Below are positions 47,301 to 55,981 of a DNA stretch of 64,000 nucleotides, in pieces; position 1 is the stretch's first letter, and each line of letters opens with the position of its first letter. The notes beneath the pieces were generated by a model that saw only the letters and a list, made by a program, of their open reading frames with translations, was not told where the DNA came from and did not search any database. The stretch lies in IMG/VR virus record IMGVR_UViG_3300020582_000005; one strand, 5' to 3'. Position numbers and translations under genes: made by a program. Origin of the DNA: a virus (Duplodnaviria > Heunggongvirae > Uroviricota > Caudoviricetes).

Positions 47301-48081
47301 ACGGCGTAGCTACTACTGCTGGAGCATTTAAAGGACCTAAAGCTCCATAACTAAAAATCGTTCCATTAGGATTTAACGGAGTATATATTCTGGTTTCTAC
47401 TCCGTCCCCCATGTACAAAATACCGGCGACAGCTAGAAAATAGGTTTGACCAGCACCGACACCTTTTCCAAACAAAAATGTAGTAGTTCCGTTTTGAACA
47501 TCCCAATAAACAGCGCCTGCCGATACCGCAGTCGCCACATGGATTTCTGACACGGCGACAGAATTAGAAACAGTCAAAGTTGTTGTGGTTGAAGCTGTGA
47601 CAGTAAAGGTTCCATTATTCCCAGGGTTTGTCGCAAAACCAGCGATCTGAAAAATAAATCCCTGATAAGCATTACTACCGCCATTAGGAAAAACTCCGGT
47701 ATAAACAGCCGTAGAACCGACAGAGGACGCAACAGACGAGATAGCAAGCGGTCCCGTACTTCCAGTATCTACGATAACTCTAATTGTACCATCTGTTAAT
47801 TGGAAGGAAAATGCCCGTAAAGGGGTGGTAGGATATATGTCAGCCGAAAAAGGAACCAGACCGGGACGACGCTGAAGAGTCAAGCGATTTGTAAGCTCGA
47901 TATTCTTCCCCATCCACAATGCGTCTGGACGACCGCCATAAAATCTAGCTGTGGCGACATCAGAAGGATCATGCAGCACGTTTCTTTGAGTATACAATCC
48001 TGTAAACGCCCGATCCATAAAGATAGGCGTATACCGAGGCTGTTTTTGAGGCTGTGCTCCATGTGCCTGAAGTAAATTCAT
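44314..48081 (-). CDS. very large tail structural protein
   Basis: 1255 aa with T/S/G/N-rich repetitive beta-type composition. Confidence 0.5.
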   Translation of the reverse strand: MNLLQAHGAQPQKQPRYTPIFMDRAFTGLYTQRNVLHDPSDVATARFYGGRPDALWMGKNIELTNRLTLQRRPGLVPFSADIYPTTPLRAFSFQLTDGTIRVIVDTGSTGPLAISSVASSVGSTAVYTGVFPNGGSNAYQGFIFQIAGFATNPGNNGTFTVTASTTTTLTVSNSVAVSEIHVATAVSAGAVYWDVQNGTTTFLFGKGVGAGQTYFLAVAGILYMGDGVETRIYTPLNPNGTIFSYGALGPLNAPAVVATPSGTAAGTWQASTWFSTMGLIVDPNGNIQQLNFINNPSVVIGSVAVLGTSSTGGPTWNQTPGNTTSDNTVTWRNLSDVIPWMPNFPFETETQAFSTNALRCICYDQATGCFFVNISSQATANTGLSNPFAAAGYGTANPPPPGTVIPDRQVTWMSLGNINNIPNGYCQGIWRPSQVIATPPPSVRILEPFTLPQPGHPLPAGTIYLQENTGSGTTAASNTSITWQTAAGQTTTEPAGSDGSTLKWLCVTATNNGTGLWQSGTPYIGWSSPGSAFGVVKDNNGSLWVAASSGTSGASDPFGNSGAQLYYQTGHVYGVGTIIIDSNSNRQQVTASGTSGGSAPVWNRNQGGTTVDNGTLRWQNLGSAYGFGPVPDGTNGLTWVNVGRSAVWIASQKYYLPNAGFFAPISVPLGGANVNDGTNIEYVVQTGVSGSSTPTWNTSTAPGSNETYDPSPAAAGGVVWYNNGPFKQNSLSFSTSLSWAYSYKARTLTDFYSVLIPGTSTPQNIPPPGPPFNGALPAPTGSETGFITTASPATTLTGANAGAVFSVYGQYSPDIQFDTIVIWRSADGGGPTQMFELTEIPNIPSQAGSGKYTVNGVKYDWVFQDFLPSVATNQFPGLNPQIIAPINGINNPAPSNFLPMVFNFQRIWGTVGQNVLSSGGPDTPTGNANFAFPAINSLPFLASVTRLVRTPQGIITFTVDSIELIAGGPATATFYSVTLCPGVGLLSFNFLDVYAGEIFFFSADNEFMVLSPSLNLANFGFPLGDQFANLPSSGVSDTTWNAATGYVAVHQSGIDNCIFVCDGATGWYRLNPRQVPGGLQGAEPIWSPFAAITGGCHMVQSIEYTPGIKALLVGASTGGHNILKRSLSVFTDNGTPYDANFTMGGIMLAHPGQRALLKFIEVDFSGVDFTPTVSYLLNEISGTFTPFTQEPVFDPPSIYGTTISPASYSPNRYYFASNPSLAVCRHLQIKVDLGTTSNGDELYNLTIFGKLIVEL

Positions 48082-49010
48082 TAAATCCCTCTACCTTGAA
48101 CTCCCTGTTGAAGTTTCAACGTTACCGAATTTTGCTCTCTGCCCTGAGCAAACCATTGTTGGGCAAATATATTCTTTTGAGTGTCGGACAGCCCTTCGGC
48201 TTTCGCCAAGAAAGCTGCGACTCCACGTTGTCTATAAATCTGCGATCTAGTATCGTCGACAACTGCCAGAGACTCACCCAAAAAGAGATTGTTATAAATA
48301 TCCGAATACGAATCCGGAATTGGTGCCCAACTTTGATTTATTACCAAACCAGGATCGGTTTCAGCTTGACCATTTGGATTATTAAGTATCAAAGTTGTCA
48401 AATTGACAGACACAATAGAAAAAGCTCCGTTATTTGCGGCAGTTTTAAGACCCGATACAAAAGCACTCTGCCCTATTAAGAACGACAACGGATCAAATGT
48501 TCCAACATATTCAGTAGTTCCACCCGAAGCATTCATAACAGACGTAATCGGAAACGAGCCGAATTGAACAGCCAGCTTCTGATAAGTCAAAACAATTGTA
48601 TAAACTTGATCGGGAATACCCATAAAACGAATCTTAAAACCAACTCCAGGAGTATTCAAAATAACTGCCACAGCATGAGGTTGTTGTTGATCTCCACCTA
48701 AAGACAAAGCTGCTGTATTATAAACATCCTTAATTTCTATAACTTGATTATTTGAATCTATCAAAGATGCTTTTTCCAAAAATCCGAAATCAGTGTTTGT
48801 ATAAGTATAATCCTGAACATTAACTTGAGTTGATTTAGTAGAATCCTCAACTCGATTAAACGCCCACCCAATAGGCGGAAGAAACAACATAGAATTTCTA
48901 ATCATTGAACAAATAGAAACCGCAGGCTCGTTACTTGTACCGGCATTCATAGGACTATATTCTATGTACGGTAAAGACCAATTTAAAGTCGATGTAAGCG
49001 TATTCGCCAT
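48081..49010 (-). CDS. structural protein
   Basis: 309 aa. Confidence 0.45.
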   Translation of the reverse strand: MANTLTSTLNWSLPYIEYSPMNAGTSNEPAVSICSMIRNSMLFLPPIGWAFNRVEDSTKSTQVNVQDYTYTNTDFGFLEKASLIDSNNQVIEIKDVYNTAALSLGGDQQQPHAVAVILNTPGVGFKIRFMGIPDQVYTIVLTYQKLAVQFGSFPITSVMNASGGTTEYVGTFDPLSFLIGQSAFVSGLKTAANNGAFSIVSVNLTTLILNNPNGQAETDPGLVINQSWAPIPDSYSDIYNNLFLGESLAVVDDTRSQIYRQRGVAAFLAKAEGLSDTQKNIFAQQWFAQGREQNSVTLKLQQGVQGRGI

Positions 49011-49417
49011 TAACTCACCAAAAGAAAGGCAGGAGCCGTCAACGTCTCAGTGAATAGCACCTGTTGTGTCTGCTGTGGAGTATTTGTCACATTCAGTCCA
49101 CCAATACTCTGAGAAACCGTCTCCACATTTGTGACTAAACATATAAATTGAAAACCGTTATCCGAAGTACTCAATACCGGTGTAGTGTAACTTGAGCCTT
49201 GTGCTCCAGTAATTTGCCAGAACCCATCAGCTTCGGCTCCAGGTAAAGGAGTGAATCCAGAAGCTGTAGAGATAGCATGATCCGTCGTAAACCACTGATA
49301 TGACAACACGCCGTCTGCTTTCGCTACGACGAAAAATGTCGCCGTACTCCCATGGAGGACAGATTGATTCTGCGGTTGTACGGTAATGATAACAGGAGAT
49401 TCAGGCATAGACACCAA
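49010..49417 (-). CDS. Ig-like domain protein
   Basis: ITVQPQNQSVLHGSTATFFVVAKADGVLSYQWF...GSSYTTPVLSTSDNGFQFICLVTN follows an I-set/Big-like Ig pattern (W core, Y.C..N). Confidence 0.5.
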   Translation of the reverse strand: MVSMPESPVIITVQPQNQSVLHGSTATFFVVAKADGVLSYQWFTTDHAISTASGFTPLPGAEADGFWQITGAQGSSYTTPVLSTSDNGFQFICLVTNVETVSQSIGGLNVTNTPQQTQQVLFTETLTAPAFLLVS

Positions 49418-49423
49418 TAGAAA

Positions 49424-49447
49424 AGCCGCCTATATTTATGGGCGGCT
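49424..49447 (-). terminator. intrinsic terminator after the GIY-YIG gene
   Basis: On the minus strand: AGCCGCC-cataaatata-GGCGGCT followed by TTTTCTATT. Confidence 0.6.
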
Positions 49448-49469
49448 CTGAGATTACGATAATTAAAAT

Positions 49470-50093
49470 CTATTTACAGTACTGGCAAGAAGAATTGATA
49501 ATATTGCGATTTACATGCCAACGGATGTGAAGATAACGTTTAGAACCTGCGACATGTTCTTCTTTATTCAAACCGCCATATTTCTTACCCACTGCCGACA
49601 TGTGGCCGCTTTCTACATTTCTCTTTGCCGCTAATGCTCCAGCTACCTTACCACCTATTGAAGAAATCTTTTGAAGATGACCTGACTCGACGTTATTTTT
49701 ACCCGCTTTGCGAGAACCTTCTCTACAAATTTCTTTATTTACAGGATTAAAGAAGCCGATCTTATTTTCAACACAAAATTTTCCACCGGCTTTAGCAGCA
49801 TTAACCTGATGTTCTTTAGTAAAAATGATACCAGATACTCCGTCGCCACCATCCGTAAGATTACGAAGACAACCAGTTCCTAAATCTTTTCGTCCCCAAT
49901 TTGCAATTAACTCTTTCTCAGTTTCAAAAGCTTCCTCTTCAGAGTCTCTCAATAAAATTAAAATTCGTGAATTATCTACAGGTTTGTGACAAGTATGATC
50001 TCTACTTGTAAATGCCCGATTACCTCGGCCTTTACCAACATAGTATGGAGTCCCATCTTTTCTTAGCCACAAATAAGCGTAAAATTGTGCCAT
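49470..50093 (-). CDS. GIY-YIG homing endonuclease
   Basis: The ATG at 50093 is preceded by AAGGAG. MAQFYAYLWLRKDGTPYYVGKGRGNRA is the GIY-YIG motif. The C-terminal repeats NVESGHLQKISSIGGK and NVESGHMSAVGKK form a NUMOD-like DNA-binding region. Confidence 0.85.
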   Translation of the reverse strand: MAQFYAYLWLRKDGTPYYVGKGRGNRAFTSRDHTCHKPVDNSRILILLRDSEEEAFETEKELIANWGRKDLGTGCLRNLTDGGDGVSGIIFTKEHQVNAAKAGGKFCVENKIGFFNPVNKEICREGSRKAGKNNVESGHLQKISSIGGKVAGALAAKRNVESGHMSAVGKKYGGLNKEEHVAGSKRYLHIRWHVNRNIINSSCQYCK

Positions 50094-50110
50094 GTTTTCT
50101 CCTTTATAAG

Positions 50111-50139
50111 AGTATATCACAACACGAGGCTATTGTCAA
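50111..50139 (-). promoter_or_regulatory. sigma70 promoter for the GIY-YIG gene: TTGACA-17-TATACT
   Basis: The minus strand reads cTTGACAatagcctcgtgttgtgaTATACTcttataAAGGAGaaaacATG. Confidence 0.65.
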
Positions 50140-50200
50140 GAACAAATTAAATATTCGCCTAATTTTCGCTATAAATACTATAAGTCTTTTATTATTAATA

Positions 50201-51295
50201 TTATCTGGTAGGGTACTGGAACGGCCATTGAGGACCGAACCAACGTTGACGACCAACTACTCCACCCATTATTCCACGATCTGGAACGAAACTGTTCTCT
50301 TCTAATTCGAAGTCTTCCTTGGCTCGCATAGAGTATGCAGCTGCTTGCCACAATGCCCACTCTTCTTTAAACTTCGCTCTGATTTTCGCTTCCGGAGAAT
50401 ATCTGTAGCACTGAGCAATAAATCCTTGTCGAAAAATAGGTTCGTATTCATCCGGCAACGGAGCTAATGTTTGCGAAAGACTTGTGAATCTAACCGGCAC
50501 CGCCTGTCCACATAAGCTAAACTGCCATACGACACCAGTCTGAGACGGAGCAGGGAGAATTCTAAATCCAGCACCATTTGGATCAACTACAGTCCAAACT
50601 GTAGTCGAAGCGTCCTGACGAGTTGCTGCAGTCACCAAGAAACCCGGAGCCGAATTTGGAGGAGCTACAGGAGGGTTCACGCCCTCAGTTCCGAAAACTG
50701 TCAAGACCAAAAGATTGTTATTAGAATCCTTAATCTGCAAAATAGGATTAAACGGCATCGCTGTTAAATTAGGACTAACTAGCGGCTGATATACGGAACC
50801 CGCAACAGGATTATTACCGAAAGAAGTGCTTCCGGTATTTCCTTTACCCCATTGACCGTAATACAACGTACGATTTGGAAACCAATTGCACAAAAACAAC
50901 GGAGAATTCGTAGCAGAATTAAAAAGCATACCAGTCTGTTGTGGCAACTGACGACCTACTTCAACCTGACGCCACGGCTTAGGAACAGCAGTATTGTTAA
51001 TATCGACTACAATTCCTCTCTCTAACCACGACAAATTAAAAATAGATGAGCCGTCAAGATTTATACCCGCATAATCCTGTTGAAACGAGTTTGTATAAAA
51101 TTGAGGTAAGTTGATCTCGTTCCATTTATGAGGAAAAGGTAGAGCGCAGATAGCATTCATAACATCGTTTGCAATTGTTTTGGCGGGTTGACCAGAAGAC
51201 TGAGGGACATTAAGGACAGGTGCAATATCACCAAATCCCTGCGCTATTGTGACTATATCCTGAAGCTTTACGGTACTTAAAGAAGATGTGGGCAT
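50201..51295 (-). CDS. structural protein
   Basis: 364 aa. Confidence 0.45.
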   Translation of the reverse strand: MPTSSLSTVKLQDIVTIAQGFGDIAPVLNVPQSSGQPAKTIANDVMNAICALPFPHKWNEINLPQFYTNSFQQDYAGINLDGSSIFNLSWLERGIVVDINNTAVPKPWRQVEVGRQLPQQTGMLFNSATNSPLFLCNWFPNRTLYYGQWGKGNTGSTSFGNNPVAGSVYQPLVSPNLTAMPFNPILQIKDSNNNLLVLTVFGTEGVNPPVAPPNSAPGFLVTAATRQDASTTVWTVVDPNGAGFRILPAPSQTGVVWQFSLCGQAVPVRFTSLSQTLAPLPDEYEPIFRQGFIAQCYRYSPEAKIRAKFKEEWALWQAAAYSMRAKEDFELEENSFVPDRGIMGGVVGRQRWFGPQWPFQYPTR

Positions 51296-51357
51296 CTAGG
51301 CCTCAAATAAAAATCCGGTTGTTATCGCACAACCGGTAAAGCGGTAGAACGACTTCT

Positions 51358-52047
51358 TTATACTGTTGGCTGATCTTTAGTTCGTTCCAAGAACGCTCTA
51401 CCTTCAGGACTACTCAATAGCGCTGAGATAAAGGATGGATCACGACCTTGCAACAACAAAGCAATGTCGCCGTCTACGTGCAACGGAGCTTCCGAACTAG
51501 ACTCTTTATCCGTCGACTGCTTAGTCATCTCGACGGCTTCTGCCCAACCGACCTTTGTATGATTTGTGACTTGTTTTCCACTGATCATCAAGAATTCCTT
51601 GGTGTCTCCTGGTTTCCACTTCATCTTACAAATTCGGCACATAATGGTCTGAGAGTGATCGATAAAGGTATGAAGATAAACAGCATAGTCGACAACTGGA
51701 CCTTTAATACTGCCCTTACCTAGACCCTTCTGATGCTTACACTGCGCCTGAGTCAGCAGACGAGTTCTATCGAACTCTCTAGCATTCAATCGGCGCTGCT
51801 TGTCTCTCTGTTCAATTCTTTCAATTAATGCTCGTTCTTCAACTTCTTTTCGAGCCTCTCGCTGAAACATCATCTGTGTCAGCTTTTGGTTTTCCACCTG
51901 CATCTGAACCAACATAGCGATAGCCCCTTCCAACGTAGTTGGTGCGGCGGCTGCTATAGGTTGTACTGCTGGAGCCTGTTCTTGAGGCTTCTCAACTTTC
52001 TTATCTACAGACAAAAGAAAATCACTGACTTCTTGTTTCTTATCCAT
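51358..52047 (-). CDS. hypothetical protein (structural module)
   Basis: 229 aa, charged and coiled N-terminus. Confidence 0.45.
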   Translation of the reverse strand: MDKKQEVSDFLLSVDKKVEKPQEQAPAVQPIAAAAPTTLEGAIAMLVQMQVENQKLTQMMFQREARKEVEERALIERIEQRDKQRRLNAREFDRTRLLTQAQCKHQKGLGKGSIKGPVVDYAVYLHTFIDHSQTIMCRICKMKWKPGDTKEFLMISGKQVTNHTKVGWAEAVEMTKQSTDKESSSEAPLHVDGDIALLLQGRDPSFISALLSSPEGRAFLERTKDQPTV

Positions 52048-52113
52048 AACATGTCCTTTCTCAGGCTAGACTTCTTCTGAGAACTAATCCGGATTACGTT
52101 CCGGTGACGAAAT

Positions 52114-52767
52114 TTACAACGATGAAGTTTCGTGCCTTTTTCCATTACGAAATAGCCACAAAGTTCTTCTATAAACTCTACTAATCTTACTCAAAGCTGG
52201 CTTACCGAATATTCGATGAGCCTCATCTTCAGTAACAATTTCTTTAATTATTAATTGAGACAACACAGTTCGCCATCCCCTGAAATCTTCTCCCTGGGGA
52301 ACATTGTGACGATCCAACTTCAAAACACTCCATTCATACATAGCTGGTACTTGAAGATAGCAGACGTAAACTGCTTGATCACTCCACTTTCGAATAGCCC
52401 ACAAAGCAACTGTTTGAGGCGGGTATCCATTATCAACAGTGAAACAATGCACCCCATTATCTCGAAGTTTCTGAATAAAATCACGAGTAGATATGGCGTT
52501 TACTTTTCTACCTTCGGGATTTGCCAAGATATCTTGATCTTCGATCTGATAGGCTTTCGCCATCGTATCGCTGATTTCTTTTTCTTGGGCAAAACTTTCC
52601 TTAACAAATGCTTTATAATCATGCGGGAAACGAACCCAATCTGGAGTTCCATTAGCGAGTAACTTTTTTATAGTTGCTTGCGTGGTCTTCATATCGTGAA
52701 CACTATTGATGGGATTTTCTGCTGGTGCTAAAAAATCCTCATACTGACGACCATTGATATTTTTCAT
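52114..52767 (-). CDS. hypothetical protein
   Basis: 217 aa. Confidence 0.45.
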   Translation of the reverse strand: MKNINGRQYEDFLAPAENPINSVHDMKTTQATIKKLLANGTPDWVRFPHDYKAFVKESFAQEKEISDTMAKAYQIEDQDILANPEGRKVNAISTRDFIQKLRDNGVHCFTVDNGYPPQTVALWAIRKWSDQAVYVCYLQVPAMYEWSVLKLDRHNVPQGEDFRGWRTVLSQLIIKEIVTEDEAHRIFGKPALSKISRVYRRTLWLFRNGKRHETSSL

Positions 52768-53171
52768 TGTTCCTTCTTATAACTATTGACGTACTGAATA
52801 GCATTAGACAATATTTCAGGATTTTCCTGAAGCATTCCTAACCCTATGTTACAGCCCTCACACAACAAACCACGACGACACTTATCACAACTCTTTAACT
52901 TAGGGCAGCACTTATGGTCGTGATCAATATGCGGAGTTCTTTCAAATGGCTTACGACAAACGGCACACTTATTATCTTGCTCAACTAATTTCGTATCAAA
53001 CCACTCTTGAGTTATACCGTGTCTAGTGTTTCTATGCCGCTTAGCTTGTGCTTCTTTATTGTCTCTATAAAACTGAGCATTACGAGCAAGGGATTGCTCT
53101 TTATGATTTTCGTAATATCTTTTATTTCTTTCTGACTGAGTTAACGGTCTGTCCGAAAATATTCTTCGCAT
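52764..53171 (-). CDS. Endonuclease VII-like HNH nuclease
   Basis: CAVCRKPFERTPHIDHDHKCCPKLKSCDKCRRGLLCEGCNIGLG. The start is placed at the ATG at 53171, which follows GAGGAGAGAAA. The ORF-track start at 53225 overlaps a hairpin. Paralog of 28920-29312. Confidence 0.7.
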   Translation of the reverse strand: MRRIFSDRPLTQSERNKRYYENHKEQSLARNAQFYRDNKEAQAKRHRNTRHGITQEWFDTKLVEQDNKCAVCRKPFERTPHIDHDHKCCPKLKSCDKCRRGLLCEGCNIGLGMLQENPEILSNAIQYVNSYKKEQ

Positions 53172-53195
53172 TTTCTCTCCTCGAAAGAGCGAGTT

Positions 53196-53222
53196 GGAAG
53201 GTATGTTCGAGGCATACCTTCC
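53196..53222 (-). terminator. strong hairpin downstream of the putative capsid gene (10-bp stem GGAAGGTATG/CATACCTTCC)
   Basis: Read directly from the sequence. The trailing T-run is weak, so this may be a partial terminator or an RNA-stability element. Confidence 0.45.
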
Positions 53223-53229
53223 CACTCTA

Positions 53230-53258
53230 ATCTTAGCATAAGTTGCAACTTATGTCAA
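53230..53258 (-). promoter_or_regulatory. promoter-like TTGACA-17-TAAGAT with perfect palindrome CATAAGTTGCAACTTATG in the spacer
   Basis: The minus strand reads cTTGACAtaagttgcaacttatgcTAAGAT. It is located between the capsid stop and the Endo VII gene. Confidence 0.35.
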
Positions 53259-53267
53259 GAGTTAAAT

Positions 53268-54293
53268 TTATTGAATGGCAGGAACGCTATCAATGTAGCG
53301 AATTCTCTGCGTGTTCAATCCTGTTGCTGGAGGAAGTGTAACGGTCTGGTGAAATTTGTACGATGCCCAGCCCCCGATTGTTCCTGTTGGATCAAATGAA
53401 CTCTGAGGCGCATCTGTTACGACACGGCACTCAATTGTTCTCCAATCGCCTTCGTCTAGGTCTGTGTCACCGGGAACTTCCAACCATACACCGATAAAGG
53501 CATAGTTACCGTACACGTATGTACGATACGCTGTCTTACCTGTGCCGTTGTAATTCGCTGTTGTTGTCACAAACGGTGTCTGTCGCAACACAATGTTTGT
53601 GCCGGGAAGTTCAATATCCTGGGTCTGGTCAGAACCAGCCATCTTGTCGAACTTCTCCATGTTGGCGTACTTCCACAAATCAACAATGCTGTTGTTAACA
53701 GTTGTTGCGTTGTAAATATCACCCAACACGTTAGGACTTACAGAACCGCCGAACTTACCACGCTTGCAAGGCAACACGTTGTGCGAAACTAACTGCTGTT
53801 TCAATTCACGAACTGTTCCTAGGTCAAGTGTGTAAGGGGCTGATAGCAAACCGCTCTGGTTAACGTTAGCGTCAACTGTCGATGCCGAGTCAACTACGGC
53901 GCTATACAATTCAGAAATCGACTGACCAGCCTGATAGCCTAGTTCAACAGCCGAATTTCCGACCAACTCATCAATCGCTGCGGCAATCGCAAACGAAGAG
54001 AAGTTGGAATAGTTATTCCATTCACCAATCTGCGCCGGAGCGCTCAACTGGCTGATCAGTTCCGGACTTCCAACCGTACCGTCGGCTCGCTGTGTTGTAT
54101 CACCAGATAGCGTGTTGTACTGGAAGAATGTTCGGTTGATACCCATGTGCAACGGTTGCACACGTCGCTCTGCCCATGCTACGAAAGCATCGGTTTCGCC
54201 CTTCAGGTTAGGAATCAGTTCCTTATCGAACAAGATAGCCTGCGCTGTTAAAACGTTTCCTACGTTCATTGCTGCTGGATTTGGTCCACTCAT
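53268..54293 (-). CDS. putative major capsid protein
   Basis: 341 aa. It lies directly downstream of a scaffold-like protein. Terminators/hairpins lie after the gene. No family signature was recognised. Confidence 0.45.
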   Translation of the reverse strand: MSGPNPAAMNVGNVLTAQAILFDKELIPNLKGETDAFVAWAERRVQPLHMGINRTFFQYNTLSGDTTQRADGTVGSPELISQLSAPAQIGEWNNYSNFSSFAIAAAIDELVGNSAVELGYQAGQSISELYSAVVDSASTVDANVNQSGLLSAPYTLDLGTVRELKQQLVSHNVLPCKRGKFGGSVSPNVLGDIYNATTVNNSIVDLWKYANMEKFDKMAGSDQTQDIELPGTNIVLRQTPFVTTTANYNGTGKTAYRTYVYGNYAFIGVWLEVPGDTDLDEGDWRTIECRVVTDAPQSSFDPTGTIGGWASYKFHQTVTLPPATGLNTQRIRYIDSVPAIQ

Positions 54294-54323
54294 AAAATCT
54301 CTGCCTTAATATGCTTTACGAAG

Positions 54324-55580
54324 TTATCGAGGCTGTGCAAGGACTGCGTTAATCTCGGCCCGTGATTTCGGGTCTTTGACTAAGCGCTTCAATTTTTCCT
54401 TGTCCATCTTCAAAATACCTTCTCTTGTGTATTTCGGTTCACCTGAAACCGTCGGTCGCTGTGCTGATAGCGATCCTGGTTCAAGTCCACCGTTAATACC
54501 CGGTCTTGGCGTAGCAGGAGGTGTATTGTCTGCTGGCAAAGTTGCCGGTGGTACTGGCGCTGCTGGAGGAGCAGCCGCCGCTGCTTGTCTTGCCGCTAAT
54601 TCGGCGGCAGGATGTTGCACGGCTGGTAACGCTTGTGGCACCGTTACCGGTGGATTAGCCACGGGCGGTACCTCTACTCGACTAGCTGGCACCACTACCG
54701 GAGCCAACTCGTGTTCCAATGCAATAAATGCAATTTCCAAATTATCTAAAGTAAACTCAAGTTGATTTTCCTCAAGATACTTTCCGATCAAATCAGAATT
54801 TGCTTTGCATGGATTAAAATCTTTAACGTGTCGCTGCATAAACTCAAAACCAATTTGCTTACCCTTAGCTTTTGCTTCAGCTTCTCGGGCTGCTTCTCGG
54901 TCTTTAGCGACTTCACTTCCGGCGATCTTTCTTGCCGCTGCAACAGCCTTGGCAGAATCGTCGCCTTTCAAATCTTTTAGTAATGCAGCCATATCTTCGT
55001 CTGTCAGAGGCTTATACTCTGGCTCCACGGGCTGCTGTTGTTTAAACGTAACTTTCTGAGTCTTCAAACGATTGAAGGCTCGTGTTGCTTGAACATGACA
55101 CTCATCTTTCTTTGCGATAAACTCAGGCCACGTCTTAGCCTCAAGATGAGTAGGTCGTCCAATAGGATTACCAGATTCGTCTTTAACCTGATATTCCTGA
55201 ACAATTCTTAAAATTTTACCTTCGGCATCACGAGTAACATGTATACCGTAAACAGCATAAGAAGCATCTTCTGCTTCCCACGGCTTAACTAATACTTGGT
55301 TTGCTGACGCTGCCGCCGTTGCCGCTTCTGATACTGCTTTGGCTGCTGCTGCATCCGCTGCGTCTTGTTCTGCTGCCGCCGCTTCTTTTGTCGCTTGATC
55401 TGCGGCTTCTTTCGCTGCTGCTTCTTCTGGAGTAATCACAGGAGCTTCTTCGGTTGCCTGAAGTGCTCGATTAATCTCAACTATACCTTCCGGCGTCGAC
55501 ATCTTTTTCTTCAGTTCTTCAGTACCGAGTTTATACACATCGGCCTTAGTACGCAGTATTTCTGACATATTAGTCTCCAT
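54324..55580 (-). CDS. putative scaffolding protein
   Basis: 418 aa, A/E/K-rich, with long helical or coiled segments and a Pro/Ala-rich tail. It sits between the portal and capsid genes. Confidence 0.45.
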   Translation of the reverse strand: METNMSEILRTKADVYKLGTEELKKKMSTPEGIVEINRALQATEEAPVITPEEAAAKEAADQATKEAAAAEQDAADAAAAKAVSEAATAAASANQVLVKPWEAEDASYAVYGIHVTRDAEGKILRIVQEYQVKDESGNPIGRPTHLEAKTWPEFIAKKDECHVQATRAFNRLKTQKVTFKQQQPVEPEYKPLTDEDMAALLKDLKGDDSAKAVAAARKIAGSEVAKDREAAREAEAKAKGKQIGFEFMQRHVKDFNPCKANSDLIGKYLEENQLEFTLDNLEIAFIALEHELAPVVVPASRVEVPPVANPPVTVPQALPAVQHPAAELAARQAAAAAPPAAPVPPATLPADNTPPATPRPGINGGLEPGSLSAQRPTVSGEPKYTREGILKMDKEKLKRLVKDPKSRAEINAVLAQPR

Positions 55581-55962
55581 CTTGTAATTTATTAGACAAC
55601 ACCACTGCTTGCGCTAGTGGATTACCCGGTCGAGCTTTAGATTCCGCCGCATTAATAACAGCACGAATTTCCTCTTCCGATACTTGCTGACTCAAAACAG
55701 CTACTCGCTCATGAAAATCAATTGACTTCATAACATCGGCACAAAATTCATTTATCGTTTGAGACTGTAAATGCAAACGACTAAGTTTCTTTTCATACTC
55801 CGCATCATCAGATTTAAGAGCAAGAAAACGTCTATTAACTCTCTCACACGATTTATTGAAAATCATGATCAAAACTTCGTAACCGGGATGATGAGCTAAA
55901 TTAGCCAAAGCTGCTCGCTGTGGCATAGTTAATTCATCAAATAACAAAGGTTCTACGGACAT
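55570..55962 (-). CDS. hypothetical protein
   Basis: 130 aa, lying between the portal and the scaffold gene. Confidence 0.45.
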   Translation of the reverse strand: MSVEPLLFDELTMPQRAALANLAHHPGYEVLIMIFNKSCERVNRRFLALKSDDAEYEKKLSRLHLQSQTINEFCADVMKSIDFHERVAVLSQQVSEEEIRAVINAAESKARPGNPLAQAVVLSNKLQDGD

Positions 55963-55981
55963 TGTGACTCCTAACTATTGA

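Noticed and set aside
54376-55565. Plus-strand ORFs inside the scaffold gene (54376-54765, 54762-54980, 54805-55059, 55365-55565)
   Set aside because: Antisense reading of an Ala/Glu-rich coding region produces Ala/Gly/Cys-rich artefacts.
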